Positions 1 through 10,265 of a DNA stretch of 46,655 nucleotides are shown one piece after another. Under the pieces are notes generated by a model. It searched no databases. It was not told the origin of the DNA and worked only from the letters and a program-made list of their open reading frames with translations. A program made the position numbers and the translations under genes. The stretch is from Calditrichaceae bacterium. Lineage in GTDB: Bacteria; Calditrichota; Calditrichia; Calditrichales; JBFXGD01. Every line of letters begins with the position of its first letter. Position 1 is the first letter of the stretch. Location: the NCBI GenBank assembly GCA_050178385.1, contig JBFXGD010000008.1, positions 1 to 46,655 on the forward strand. The letters run 5' to 3'.

Positions 1-42
1 TTAAATGCAAAAATATTTTCAGCCTTTTATACAAAAAAAAAT

Positions 43-127
43 CTGGTGACGACTTACTCTCCCGTCCCAGCCATAGGAACAGTACCATCAGCGCTGGCGG
101 GCTTAACTACTCTGTTCGGAATGGGAA
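43..127 (-). rRNA. rrf: 5S rRNA, 3' ~85 nt only (truncated/pseudogene or assembly junction)
   Basis: Minus strand reads TTCCCATTCCGAACAGAGTAGTTAAGCCCGCCAGCGCTGATGGTACTG...GGGAGAGTAAGTCGTCACCAGA, containing the conserved 5S loop C (CCCATTCCGAAC), GATGGTAC and GGGAGAGTA motifs; clear similarity stops at ~127. Confidence 0.85.
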
Positions 128-355
128 TGATCTGAACAGCCGTTTGGCTGATTAATCTTTGGTATATCCTAACGCTATTTAGTCAATGACCGGGTAAATC
201 CTATTAAATCCAGTACCGGAACTTTGATGCATGAAGAGAGAATATCCGGGAATTCAGATTGATCATATTTATCCCATAGACCCATCGGAATTATCACCAA
301 TTTATTTCAACGTAAAATCGAAAAAATAGCCGGTATATCTAAATAATGATGATGA

Positions 356-1108
356 TTATCTGAAATACTCAACAAAATACAAGCGGATTTCCCTGCTGGA
401 ATAAGGACGGTAGTCCTGATTCTCCAATATGTTTTTCCAAAGAAAATCTATATAGAGCTTCTTCGCGAAAGACCATTTTACTCCGGCGTTTAAATATCCT
501 TTCCCTGATCCAATACTATTATCCTCGTTGTCATTTATTGCTAAATCATATTCACCGAAAATACTTAACTCATCATTGACACTTTTCTCAAATCCGAAAA
601 AGCCGTTTATATCCTTATCGCCGTCTTCATCCTCGAAACTGTAGTTTATTCCGCCGTGAAGAGCAAATACGCCAAGAAAACGATAACTTTTGCTGAATGT
701 AGCAAATATGCCTCTCGATTTTTCAGTATAGCGGCTCAGGGAATCTATGTAAGCCCCATTACCCTGATTGTCATACCCTATACTTACCGCAGGGAAATTT
801 AACTGTTCGTCAAACATCCTGTAACGAATATTTACTCCGACCTGCGGATTCCAGTCAATCTCCCCTGCTCCTATTATATTTTTTCCTCCGTATGATATTC
901 CCATCATCAGACGGTTCGTCAGCCCAACTTCTATATTCCCCAGTATTCCGCCTTCCGGATAAGCCCTAAGGCCGGCCATAAAACTTCCCCTGTCCAAAGT
1001 TGCTGAAGTCGGACAATCAATAATAAAAATTGATTGAGCAGGTATAATTTCCTGAGTTTCTGCCGATGATACTAATAGAATGAGAAACAATACAATAAAC
1101 TTTTTCAT
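356..1108 (-). CDS. YjbH-like outer-membrane beta-barrel protein with signal peptide
   Basis: ORF 356..1150; better start at 1108 (MKKFIVLFLILLVSSA signal peptide); 'IIDCPTSATL' N-terminal motif followed by amphipathic beta-strands. Confidence 0.6.
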   Translation of the reverse strand: MKKFIVLFLILLVSSAETQEIIPAQSIFIIDCPTSATLDRGSFMAGLRAYPEGGILGNIEVGLTNRLMMGISYGGKNIIGAGEIDWNPQVGVNIRYRMFDEQLNFPAVSIGYDNQGNGAYIDSLSRYTEKSRGIFATFSKSYRFLGVFALHGGINYSFEDEDGDKDINGFFGFEKSVNDELSIFGEYDLAINDNEDNSIGSGKGYLNAGVKWSFAKKLYIDFLWKNILENQDYRPYSSREIRLYFVEYFR

Positions 1109-1140
1109 AGTCGGTTTCCTGTCGGTAAGTGGAACAAAAT

Positions 1141-1170
1141 AAGATAACATTCATACAAGATTATTGTCAA
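1141..1170 (-). promoter_or_regulatory. sigma-70 promoter for the YjbH-like gene
   Basis: Minus strand TTGACA-18 nt-TATCTT with extended TGn; supports the 1108 start. Confidence 0.6.
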
Positions 1171-1239
1171 GGTAAATACAGAGGAAAAAGACTTTTTGCA
1201 GGTCATGTGGAATTAACCGCCACCGTCGATCGTTAGACC

Positions 1240-1268
1240 TTGACAGCTATTGGCGATTGTCCTATATT
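1240..1268 (+). promoter_or_regulatory. sigma-70 promoter for clpC
   Basis: TTGACA-17 nt-TATATT about 50 nt upstream of the ATG. Confidence 0.7.
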
Positions 1269-1317
1269 TTGATCTGATAGGAACTCAAAAACCTAAAATT
1301 GTAAGGAATTTTTAATA

Positions 1318-3783
1318 ATGGGAAATAATTTTACGAGCCGGGTGCAAAAAGTCATTCGATATTCAAAAGAAGAGGCGATGCGACTTGGACACGATTATAT
1401 AGGTACCGAACACCTAACCTTGGGAGTTATAAAGGAAGGTGAAGGAATCGCGATTAAAATATTGCAGAATCTTGGCTGTGATCTCAATAAACTGAAAAAG
1501 GCGATTGAAGACGCCACTGCTCCCTCCGGCGGGACAATGACCATCGGCAATCTCCCCTTGTCAAAAAGAGCGGAAAAAGCTCTTAAGATGACTTACATCG
1601 AGGCGAAAAATTTTAATAATGATGTAATAGGCACGGAACATTTACTGCTTTCCATCTTAAAAGAAAAAGACAGCCTGGCAGCACAGATTCTACTCACTTT
1701 TAATGTGGATTACGCGGCCTGTTACAATGAGCTGGAAAACATTTTATCAGGAAAGCCAACCATGCCGCAGCCAAAACAGGCACCAAAAAAGACCAAAACA
1801 CCGGCTCTTGATCATTTTGGCCGTGATCTGACACAACTGGCCATTGACGGAAAATTGGATCCCATCATCGGCAGACAGAACGAGATCCAGCGGGTTGCCC
1901 AAATTCTCAGCCGGCGCAAGAAAAACAATCCTGTCCTGATCGGGGAACCGGGAGTCGGGAAAACCGCCATTGCCGAGGGGCTCGCGCTCAGAATTATCCA
2001 GAAAAAAGTGTCAAGAGTATTGCATAACAAACGCGTTGTGGCTCTTGATATGGGATCTATTGTTGCCGGTACAAAGTATCGCGGTCAGTTTGAAGAACGT
2101 ATGAAAGCAATCATGACGGAGCTTGAAAAAGCAGAAGATGTCATCCTTTTTATAGATGAATTACACACCATTGTCGGCGCCGGCGGCGCATCAGGATCAC
2201 TGGACGCATCCAATATGTTTAAACCTGCGCTTGCCAGAGGTGAGTTACAATGTATCGGGGCTACCACTCTTGATGAATACCGCATGTATATTGAGAAGGA
2301 TGGCGCCCTTGAAAGACGCTTCCAAAAAGTGATGGTTGAACCCACAACGGCCGAGGAGACCCTTGACATATTACGTTCTGTAAAGGACCGTTACGAGAAA
2401 CATCATCATGTGGAGTACAACGATGATGCCATTGATTCAATCGTGCGATCTGCAGACCGCTATATTACGGACAAACACTTCCCGGATAAGGCGATCGATG
2501 TGCTGGATGAAGCTGGTTCAAGGGTTCACATCGCTAATATTGTGGTTCCGAAGGAGATTCTGGATCTTGAAAGCGATATTGAGCGGATTCGCGCCGAGAA
2601 GGAGTCCCTGGCAAAATTACAGGATTTCGAACGTGCCGCAAAACTTCGTGATAAAGAGAGAAATTTGACTGACAAACTTGATGAAGCGAGGCTGCGCTGG
2701 GAAGATGCTGAAGAGAGCAAAGTCGCCACTGTCACAGAAGAGGATGTCGCCGCCGTTGTGGCGATGATGACCGGAATCCCGACTCACAGAATCGCGATGA
2801 GCGAATCAAAAAAACTTCTTAACATGGGTGAAACCCTAAAGAAAAAAATCATTGGTCAGGATGATGCCATTGAAAATATCGCGAAAGCAATACGGAGAGC
2901 AAGAGCGGGATTAAAAGATCCATCCCGTCCCATCGGTTCTTTTATCTTTCTTGGACCAACGGGCGTCGGTAAAACCTATCTTGCAAAAATTCTTGCGGAA
3001 TATCTGTTCGAAAACGCCAACGCGCTGGTCAGGATAGACATGAGCGAGTATATGGAAAAATTCAATGTTTCCAGGCTTGTGGGTTCACCTCCCGGATATG
3101 TTGGTTATGAGGAGGGCGGTCTTCTAACCGAAAAAATCCGCCGGCATCCCTATTCAGTAATCCTGTTGGATGAAATTGAAAAAGCGCACCCCGACGTATT
3201 TAACATCCTGCTCCAGGTTATGGATGAAGGGCAGTTAACCGATTCTCTTGGCCATAAAGTGGATTTTAAAAATACTATCCTGATTATGACATCAAATATC
3301 GGGGTGAAACACCTTAATAAGGTTTCAAGTTATGGTTTTGCCAATACCGCAAATGAAAACAAATTTGAAATTATGAAAAACAAAATCTCCGATGAGATGA
3401 AAAAATCTTTTAATCCTGAATTTCTTAACCGAATAGATGATGTGGTGATATTCAGACAACTCGAAACAGCAGAGGCCGTTCAGATAGTCGAAATTACCTT
3501 AAATGAAGTGATGGCTAAATTAAAAGAACGCAATATAGAATTTCAACTGACGGACGGTGCAAAGAAATTTATCGCTGAGAAAGGCTTTGATCCTTTATAC
3601 GGAGCGCGGCCATTAAAACGCGCCATTCAGAAATTTGTGGAGAATCCTATCGCGGACGAAATACTTAAAGGTACTTTCACCGATGGCAGTGTTATTCAGA
3701 TCAAACTAAAGAATAAAAATGAATTGAGTTTTGCTGAGATTGATCGCAAAGAAGGACAAACAAAAGATATTGAAGTGGATTAA
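1318..3783 (+). CDS. clpC: ATP-dependent Clp protease ATP-binding subunit ClpC
   Basis: Two Clp-N repeats, Walker A motifs GEPGVGKT and [11 protein letters not shown]-type coiled coil ([11 protein letters not shown]), [13 protein letters not shown]. Confidence 0.96.
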   Translation: MGNNFTSRVQKVIRYSKEEAMRLGHDYIGTEHLTLGVIKEGEGIAIKILQNLGCDLNKLKKAIEDATAPSGGTMTIGNLPLSKRAEKALKMTYIEAKNFNNDVIGTEHLLLSILKEKDSLAAQILLTFNVDYAACYNELENILSGKPTMPQPKQAPKKTKTPALDHFGRDLTQLAIDGKLDPIIGRQNEIQRVAQILSRRKKNNPVLIGEPGVGKTAIAEGLALRIIQKKVSRVLHNKRVVALDMGSIVAGTKYRGQFEERMKAIMTELEKAEDVILFIDELHTIVGAGGASGSLDASNMFKPALARGELQCIGATTLDEYRMYIEKDGALERRFQKVMVEPTTAEETLDILRSVKDRYEKHHHVEYNDDAIDSIVRSADRYITDKHFPDKAIDVLDEAGSRVHIANIVVPKEILDLESDIERIRAEKESLAKLQDFERAAKLRDKERNLTDKLDEARLRWEDAEESKVATVTEEDVAAVVAMMTGIPTHRIAMSESKKLLNMGETLKKKIIGQDDAIENIAKAIRRARAGLKDPSRPIGSFIFLGPTGVGKTYLAKILAEYLFENANALVRIDMSEYMEKFNVSRLVGSPPGYVGYEEGGLLTEKIRRHPYSVILLDEIEKAHPDVFNILLQVMDEGQLTDSLGHKVDFKNTILIMTSNIGVKHLNKVSSYGFANTANENKFEIMKNKISDEMKKSFNPEFLNRIDDVVIFRQLETAEAVQIVEITLNEVMAKLKERNIEFQLTDGAKKFIAEKGFDPLYGARPLKRAIQKFVENPIADEILKGTFTDGSVIQIKLKNKNELSFAEIDRKEGQTKDIEVD

Positions 3784-3805
3784 CTTTCTGAAAATAGCCT
3801 TTAAT

Positions 3806-3840
3806 AGCCCTGGTGATTTTTCACTTGGGCTTTTTTGTTT
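3806..3840 (+). terminator. Rho-independent terminator after clpC
   Basis: AGCCC-TGGTGA...TCACTT-GGGCT hairpin followed by a T-run. Confidence 0.75.
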
Positions 3841-3946
3841 TTAGAGGTATATTCCCGTCGCAGTGGATCATGACCTTTATACATTCAACAGGTATTAAAT
3901 ACCTCTGCAAATATTAAGCTTATTTTGACCTTCTCAAGGAGCGTTT

Positions 3947-5326
3947 ATGGATTTAAAACTGGATTACTCAAATACTCTAGATGATAATATAATGGACAGA
4001 CACGGATTATCTATCGGCGAAATTGAATCGCTCACATCTTCCGGTAAGGATATATTGACCAGATTAAGAAAACAAGCCGCCGACTCCAGTCTTGGTTTTT
4101 TTAGACTTCACGAGCAAACTGATGTTCTAACCGAAATTGAAGCCTATGCTCATGTTGTACGAAGCCGGTTTAAAAATTATGTTCACATCGGAATCGGCGG
4201 TTCGGCTCTCGGTCCTATTGCCCTCCAGACATCATTACTTGATTCTTACTATAATTTAAACAGCGAGCCAAGAATGTTTTTCCCGGATAATGTGGATCCT
4301 GACTGGCTTGATGATCTGGCAAAGACAATTGATGTATCCAAAACCCTGTTTCATGTCGTTTCCAAATCAGGAGGTACCGCCGAAACAGCCGCCACATCTC
4401 TGTATTTTATGGAATTTTTAACAGAAAAGCTTGGTGATAACTTTTATAAAAATCTTTTATTTACAACAGATCCTGTAAAAGGCCTGCTAAACCAGATCGC
4501 GCGGGAATATCCGATCAAGTGCTTCCGAATTCCACCTGGTGTCGGCGGGAGATTTTCGGTACTCTCCCCTGTCGGTCTTATCTCTGCGGCAATCGCCGGA
4601 ATTGATATCAGGAAACTGGTAGCCGGCGCCGCGGAAATGGCTGTAAAATGCGATAATGATAATTTAATGGAAAATCCCGCCTATGTTTATGCTGCTATCC
4701 ATTATCTTTACATGAAAAGAGGAAAAAATATCAGCGTGATGATGCCTTACAGCAATAAATTAAGGGATCTCGCCGATTGGTACAGACAAATCTGGGCTGA
4801 AAGTCTCGGGAAACGTTATAATCTAGATGGCGATATTGTTGAAACCGGTCAGACACCCGTGAAAGCATTGGGTGCGACAGACCAACACTCACAGGTCCAA
4901 TTGTATGTGGAAGGCCCAAACGATAAGGTGTTTTCTTTTTTAGAAGTTGAAAATTTTAAGAATAACGAGAAGCTCCAAAATCATTTTACCTATATCAATG
5001 AGTTCGACTATTTCGAGGGAAAGACACTTGGTGAGCTGCTCAATTCAGAAAAAAGGGCTACTGAACTGGCACTCTCAAACAATGAACGACCGAATCTGAC
5101 TATAAAATTTTCAGAAGTCAATGAAGAGAACATCGGCGCGTTTCTGTTCTTACTGGAAGCCGCTACGGCTTTTGCGGGAGGCTTGTTAAATATCAACGCT
5201 TTCGATCAGCCGGGCGTGGAAGAAGGCAAGATAGCAACATACGCGTTGATGGGCCGCAAAGGGTATGAGCAGAAAAAGAAGGATATTGAAAGCCTGTTAG
5301 GAAAAAAGAAACTTTATCAAATCTGA
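3947..5326 (+). CDS. pgi: Glucose-6-phosphate isomerase
   Basis: GIGGSALG, SKSGGTAET, VGGRFSVLS, QIWAESLGK, DQHSQVQ, FDQPGVEEGK motifs. Confidence 0.95.
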   Translation: MDLKLDYSNTLDDNIMDRHGLSIGEIESLTSSGKDILTRLRKQAADSSLGFFRLHEQTDVLTEIEAYAHVVRSRFKNYVHIGIGGSALGPIALQTSLLDSYYNLNSEPRMFFPDNVDPDWLDDLAKTIDVSKTLFHVVSKSGGTAETAATSLYFMEFLTEKLGDNFYKNLLFTTDPVKGLLNQIAREYPIKCFRIPPGVGGRFSVLSPVGLISAAIAGIDIRKLVAGAAEMAVKCDNDNLMENPAYVYAAIHYLYMKRGKNISVMMPYSNKLRDLADWYRQIWAESLGKRYNLDGDIVETGQTPVKALGATDQHSQVQLYVEGPNDKVFSFLEVENFKNNEKLQNHFTYINEFDYFEGKTLGELLNSEKRATELALSNNERPNLTIKFSEVNEENIGAFLFLLEAATAFAGGLLNINAFDQPGVEEGKIATYALMGRKGYEQKKKDIESLLGKKKLYQI

Positions 5327-5335
5327 AGCAATCTT

Positions 5336-5369
5336 AAGGGTTTAGCGGACTGTTCCGCTAAACCCCTTT
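5336..5369 (+). terminator. Rho-independent terminator after pgi
   Basis: 12-bp stem GGGTTTAGCGGA-CTGT-TCCGCTAAACCC. Confidence 0.75.
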
Positions 5370-5603
5370 AAATTGATAGGGCTATTCTGGTTATAGTGGA
5401 ATGTTTATTGTTATTCCCGAATCCAATCTAAAATAGAAATTATAATATCACACAATCTGTCTTTTTTGTTTTATTGCTTTTCATTTAGTATTTGCAATTG
5501 AATTGCTTCGGGTACGGAATTATTTGATTCTCTCTCATGTTTTACCGATATTTCGCAGTCAATAATTACAATTATGATCGAATAACAAATAAAGGAGTTC
5601 ATT

Positions 5604-6443
5604 ATGGCCCATATTGTACCGGATAAAAAAAAGGACTATGCGATCATTTTGGGCGCTTCCAGCGGATTTGGTGAAGCGGTTTCTCTTGAACTTGCCGGTA
5701 ATGGATTCAATATAATCGGAATTCATATGGATCGCGGCAGCGGCCTGAAAAAAGTTGAACAAATCAAACGGCAGATAACAGATTTCGGAGTTGAAGCTTT
5801 ATTTTTTAACATAAATGCCGCATCGGAAAAAAACCGTGAAGAAGTTCTCCAATCCATTCAGTCACATTTTTCGGAAACCGGTTCGGATAAAAAAATAAAG
5901 GTTCTGCTGCACTCTCTCGCCTTCGGATCCTTGGCGCCGTTCATTCATAACAATCCAAAAGACCGACTTACCCAAAAACAGATGGAAATGACATTAAACG
6001 TGATGGCTAATAGCCTTGTTTACTGGACACAGGATTTATTTCACGGTGATCTTCTTGCAAAAGGCACAAAAATTTTTGCCATGACAAGTTCCGGATCCAG
6101 CAGAGTGATTCCATTCTACGGCGCAGTGTCCGCCGCAAAAGCCGCTCTCGAGTCCCATATTCGTCAGCTGGCACTCGAACTCGCGCCATTTGGGATGACA
6201 GCGAATGCCATCCGCGCCGGTGTCACTTATACTCCAGCCTTAAGAAAGATTCCAGGACATGAAACGATGATTGATCTGGCTCTCAGTCAAATTCCGTTTA
6301 AAAGGCTGACCCAGCCGGTGGATGTCGCAAAATTCATTTCATCATTGGTGACATCCGATGAATTATGGGCAACCGGCAACATTTTCAACGTGGACGGCGG
6401 AGAAATGATTTCTGCTTACCATTCAACTTTCACACAAAAATAA
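5604..6443 (+). CDS. SDR oxidoreductase, FabL/FabI-like enoyl-ACP reductase
   Basis: GASSGFG Rossmann motif; YGAVSAAK (YX6K) catalytic motif; TPALRKIPG. Confidence 0.8.
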   Translation: MAHIVPDKKKDYAIILGASSGFGEAVSLELAGNGFNIIGIHMDRGSGLKKVEQIKRQITDFGVEALFFNINAASEKNREEVLQSIQSHFSETGSDKKIKVLLHSLAFGSLAPFIHNNPKDRLTQKQMEMTLNVMANSLVYWTQDLFHGDLLAKGTKIFAMTSSGSSRVIPFYGAVSAAKAALESHIRQLALELAPFGMTANAIRAGVTYTPALRKIPGHETMIDLALSQIPFKRLTQPVDVAKFISSLVTSDELWATGNIFNVDGGEMISAYHSTFTQK

Positions 6444-6459
6444 ATGCATAAAATGTTTT

Positions 6460-6498
6460 AAAAAAAGCCCGGATCAGTTGTGAGACCGGGCTTTTTTT
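6460..6498 (+). terminator. Rho-independent terminator (A-run/T-run flanked, potentially bidirectional)
   Basis: AAAAAAAGCCCGG...CCGGGCTTTTTTT. Confidence 0.8.
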
Positions 6499-6599
6499 AT
6501 TTCCAATAAATTATGAAGTTGTAAAATAAATCCAATTTCTTTAAATTATTTTACACATAATATTCAATTTCCTTAATCCGTATCAAAATAAGGATTGTT

Positions 6600-7490
6600 A
6601 TGAGTTATCATTCCATTGTATTAGTCAAGCAGGTACCAGATACAGCTAATATTTCCGGGCAGGTTATGAAGCCTGACGGGACTGTTAATCGAGCCAAACT
6701 GCCCGCTATCTTCAACCCCGAAGACAAGGTCGCTTTGGAATTAGCCCTTCAATTGCGTGATAGATTCGGCGGCAAAGTAACAGCGATTTCAATGGGTCCG
6801 CCAAAAGCCTCAGAACTTCTGCGCGAATGTCTTTATATGGGCGCCGATGAGGTGTATTTGATCAGCGATCGAAAATTCGCCGGAGCGGATACACTGGCAA
6901 CATCCTATGTTCTGAGTGAAGCCGTGAAAAAAATCGGGAATTATGATTTTATTTTCGCGGGAAGGCAGGCGATCGACGGGGATACCGCGCAGGTAGGGCC
7001 GCAGACAGCGGAGAAACTGGGAATACCGCAGATTACCTATGCTGAGGAAATTATTGATCTTATGAAAAACAAGATTACTGTAAAGAGAAAAATTGATGGG
7101 GGCTATGAAATACTTGAAAGCAAAACCCCGGTTCTGATTACTGTAATTAAAGATGCCGCTCAGCCCCGTCCTTTTAAAGCCAGACGAGTGATGGCTTTTA
7201 AAAACGCCCGTTCGCTTATGGAGTTGGAGAAAATGACTGAGTCCAACTCCCTGCTTTATATTGATGGCCTTAAAGAAGAATATATTAACGAAAAATTATA
7301 CATTCCGACTCTGACAATTGATGACCTTGATGTGGAACCTGATCGTTGCGGATTAAACGGTTCACCAACAAAAGTGCATAAGGTGGAATCGGTTGTTCTC
7401 GGAGGAGGAACACATGAAAAGATTGATCCGACTAAAGACGGCATGAACCTCCTGGTTGACAAATTAATGGAAGATCATATTTTGGGATAA
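6600..7490 (+). CDS. etfB: Electron transfer flavoprotein beta subunit (FixA family)
   Basis: VKQVPDT, FAGADTLATS, GRQAIDGDTAQVGP motifs. Confidence 0.93.
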   Translation: MSYHSIVLVKQVPDTANISGQVMKPDGTVNRAKLPAIFNPEDKVALELALQLRDRFGGKVTAISMGPPKASELLRECLYMGADEVYLISDRKFAGADTLATSYVLSEAVKKIGNYDFIFAGRQAIDGDTAQVGPQTAEKLGIPQITYAEEIIDLMKNKITVKRKIDGGYEILESKTPVLITVIKDAAQPRPFKARRVMAFKNARSLMELEKMTESNSLLYIDGLKEEYINEKLYIPTLTIDDLDVEPDRCGLNGSPTKVHKVESVVLGGGTHEKIDPTKDGMNLLVDKLMEDHILG

Positions 7491-7501
7491 AGGTTTGACT
7501 T

Positions 7502-8518
7502 ATGAACAAATCAAACGAAGTCTGGGTATTTGTAGAGCAGCGTTCGGGTAAGCCGGCTGATGTAAGCTTTGAACTGCTGTCCAAAGGCAGAAAACTCGCG
7601 GACCGGTTAAAAGGGACCCTGAAATCTGTAGTCATCGGCGAAAAAATGGAAAATGTCGCCAAAGAATGTTTTAAGTACGGCGCGAAAGAAGTCCTTCTTG
7701 TTGATCATCCCGGTCTACGGGATTACAAAACTATGCCATACAGCAGAATCATGAGCGGACTTATTGATGAACATAAGCCAAGGATCGTGTTGTTTGGAGC
7801 GACATTTATAGGAAGGGACCTTGCCCCGCGCGTCGCATCATTCACCAAAAGCGGTCTGACCGCTGATTGTACCGACCTTCAAATATCAGATGTCACGTAT
7901 CTCAGAAATGAGTTTAAGGACCTGCTGCTTCAGATTCGTCCCGCTTTTGGCGGAAATATTATCGCGACCATCATAACTCCCGACACAGAAGTTCAGATGG
8001 CCACCGTCCGCGAAGGTGTGATGGAGATGTCTCCGCTGGATAAAGCGGTTAATGGCCGTATTGTAAATATTGAATACAGACCCTCAGATATCGATGAAAT
8101 GATCAGCATTATTGAAAGACATCATGAAGAAAACAAAATTAATCTGAAAGCGGCTCCGATTATAGTTGCGGGCGGATACGGGATTGGTTCCAAAGATCAA
8201 TTTAAACTGATACACGATCTGGCCAATGTTCTCGGAGGCGAAGTCGCGGGCAGCCGGGCTGCTGTGGATGCCGGTTTCATTCATCCTGAAAGACAGGTCG
8301 GACAGACCGGTGTCACCGTAAGACCAAAACTGTACATCGCATGCGGCATATCAGGCGCTATTCAACACCGGGCCGGTATGCAGGAATCCAATAAAATAAT
8401 CGCGATTAACACAGATCCTGAAGCGCCGATATTTGACATCTGTCATTACGGTATTGTCGGAGATGCCGCCCAGGTTATTCCAATGTTTATCGATGCTTAT
8501 AAGCATAAATTAAAATAG
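7502..8518 (+). CDS. etfA: Electron transfer flavoprotein alpha subunit (FixB family)
   Basis: GLTADCT, RPAFGGN, QVGQTG, GISGAIQH, AINTD motifs. Confidence 0.93.
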   Translation: MNKSNEVWVFVEQRSGKPADVSFELLSKGRKLADRLKGTLKSVVIGEKMENVAKECFKYGAKEVLLVDHPGLRDYKTMPYSRIMSGLIDEHKPRIVLFGATFIGRDLAPRVASFTKSGLTADCTDLQISDVTYLRNEFKDLLLQIRPAFGGNIIATIITPDTEVQMATVREGVMEMSPLDKAVNGRIVNIEYRPSDIDEMISIIERHHEENKINLKAAPIIVAGGYGIGSKDQFKLIHDLANVLGGEVAGSRAAVDAGFIHPERQVGQTGVTVRPKLYIACGISGAIQHRAGMQESNKIIAINTDPEAPIFDICHYGIVGDAAQVIPMFIDAYKHKLK

Positions 8519-8526
8519 AGGATATC

Positions 8527-10248
8527 ATGCCTAATTTTTTTTCCGAAAACACTGATTTGCTCTTTCAATTTGACAATTTAGATATCGAAGAAATTGTCGC
8601 GATCACCGAAAACAATTTTGAACAGGCAAAAGAATATAATTATGCGCCGAAAGACTATCAGGACGCGATAGATAATTATAAAAAAATATTGGAAATCGTC
8701 GGTGATATCGCCGGTAATTTCGTCGCTCCGCGCGCCGCGGAAGTTGACATCGATGAAGCGCAGATAGTTGACGGGCGGGTGTTTTATGCAAAGGGGACAC
8801 AGGAAGCGCTTGATCAACTTTCGAAAGCCGAACTGATGGGTGTCACACTGCCGCGTGAGTATGGCGGCTTGAATTTTCCTACTATCATTTATATCATGGC
8901 TATTGAGATGATTTCCCGGGCGGATGCTTCATTAATGAATTTGTTTGGACTTCAGGATATATCCGAGACTATCAACAAATTTGGCGATGACGATCAAAAA
9001 AAGGAATTTCTTCCGCAATTCTCCAGCGGCAAGAGCACGGGAGCCATGGTGCTGACTGAGCCTGATGCGGGATCTGATCTGCAGGCGGTAAAACTGCAGG
9101 CATATCAGGATGAAAATGGAAACTGGTTTCTGAGGGGAGTAAAACGATTCATCACGAACGGCGGTGGCGACATCCTTCTTGTCCTGGCCCGTTCAGAACC
9201 CGCCACCAAAGACGGACGCGGATTAAGTCTTTTTGTTTGTTACGGCGGTAAAAACGTTAAAGTCAGGCGCATTGAGCATAAACTGGGCATCCATGGTTCT
9301 CCCACATGTGAGCTGCAGTTTAATGACACACCCGCGCAATTAATAGGTAAAAGAAAATTTGGTTTGATTAAATATGTGATGGATCTGATGAACGGCGCGC
9401 GGCTTGGAGTCGCCGCGCAGGCATTGGGGATTTCGCAGGCTGCCTATGAAGAGGCTTTGAAATATGCCCGCGCCCGGGAGCAATTTGGTCAGGCCATTTA
9501 TAATATTCCGGTCGTGACAAATATGCTGATTGATATGCGTGTTTCGCTTGAAACGAACCGCTCCCTGCTTTACGCGACATCCAAATGGGTCGATCTGCGG
9601 AATAAACTCGAGGAGCATATCGAACATCTAAAAACGGAGGGAAAACCTTTTGCTGAGGAATCCACCCGTTTTAAAGATGCCTCCAAAATTGCGGCCCTGC
9701 TCACGCCGATTACAAAATATGTCCTTTCGGAAGCAGCGAATAAGATTGCTTATGATTCACTTCAAATTCACGGCGGCGCCGGTTATATGAGGGAATTTAG
9801 CGTTGAAAGACTTGTACGTGACGCCAGGATTACCAATATCTATGAGGGTACATCCCAGCTGCAGATCGTCGCGGCTACGGGCGGCGTCATCAATGATATA
9901 CTAGTCGATTATTTCTCCGCTAAGGAACAAAAATCTTTTAAGGGAAATTTAACCCGACTTGCCGATTATTTGAAACAGATACGTGAAATCTTCCTGGAAA
10001 GCCTTAAATATGTAACCGATAAAAATGATAAATATTATCAGGATGTCGCCGCTAAGGAGCTGGTTGAATTGTACAGTTACACTTTTATAGGATATCTGGT
10101 TCTCGATGAAGCTGAAATTGATCCCAAAAAAGTTTTTATCGCAAACCGCTACATCGTGAGCGCCCTTGCCAATGCCAGAAAAAACGCGGACTCGATAAAA
10201 AATGAACAATTTTCTGATTTACTCCACGCGGATGAAATTTTATCCTGA
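8527..10248 (+). CDS. Acyl-CoA dehydrogenase with C-terminal extension (ETF partner)
   Basis: LTEPDAGSDL, GVKRFIT, KLGIHGSPT, QIHGGAGY, NIYEGTSQLQ; in an operon with etfBA. Confidence 0.92.
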   Translation: MPNFFSENTDLLFQFDNLDIEEIVAITENNFEQAKEYNYAPKDYQDAIDNYKKILEIVGDIAGNFVAPRAAEVDIDEAQIVDGRVFYAKGTQEALDQLSKAELMGVTLPREYGGLNFPTIIYIMAIEMISRADASLMNLFGLQDISETINKFGDDDQKKEFLPQFSSGKSTGAMVLTEPDAGSDLQAVKLQAYQDENGNWFLRGVKRFITNGGGDILLVLARSEPATKDGRGLSLFVCYGGKNVKVRRIEHKLGIHGSPTCELQFNDTPAQLIGKRKFGLIKYVMDLMNGARLGVAAQALGISQAAYEEALKYARAREQFGQAIYNIPVVTNMLIDMRVSLETNRSLLYATSKWVDLRNKLEEHIEHLKTEGKPFAEESTRFKDASKIAALLTPITKYVLSEAANKIAYDSLQIHGGAGYMREFSVERLVRDARITNIYEGTSQLQIVAATGGVINDILVDYFSAKEQKSFKGNLTRLADYLKQIREIFLESLKYVTDKNDKYYQDVAAKELVELYSYTFIGYLVLDEAEIDPKKVFIANRYIVSALANARKNADSIKNEQFSDLLHADEILS

Positions 10249-10265
10249 TTGGCGCGGACTGTAAA

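Noticed and set aside
1150..1317. CtsR or CIRCE heat-shock operator at clpC
   Set aside because: No GTCAA-N3 direct-repeat array or TTAGCACTC-N9-GAGTGCTAA found; only divergent sigma-70 promoters
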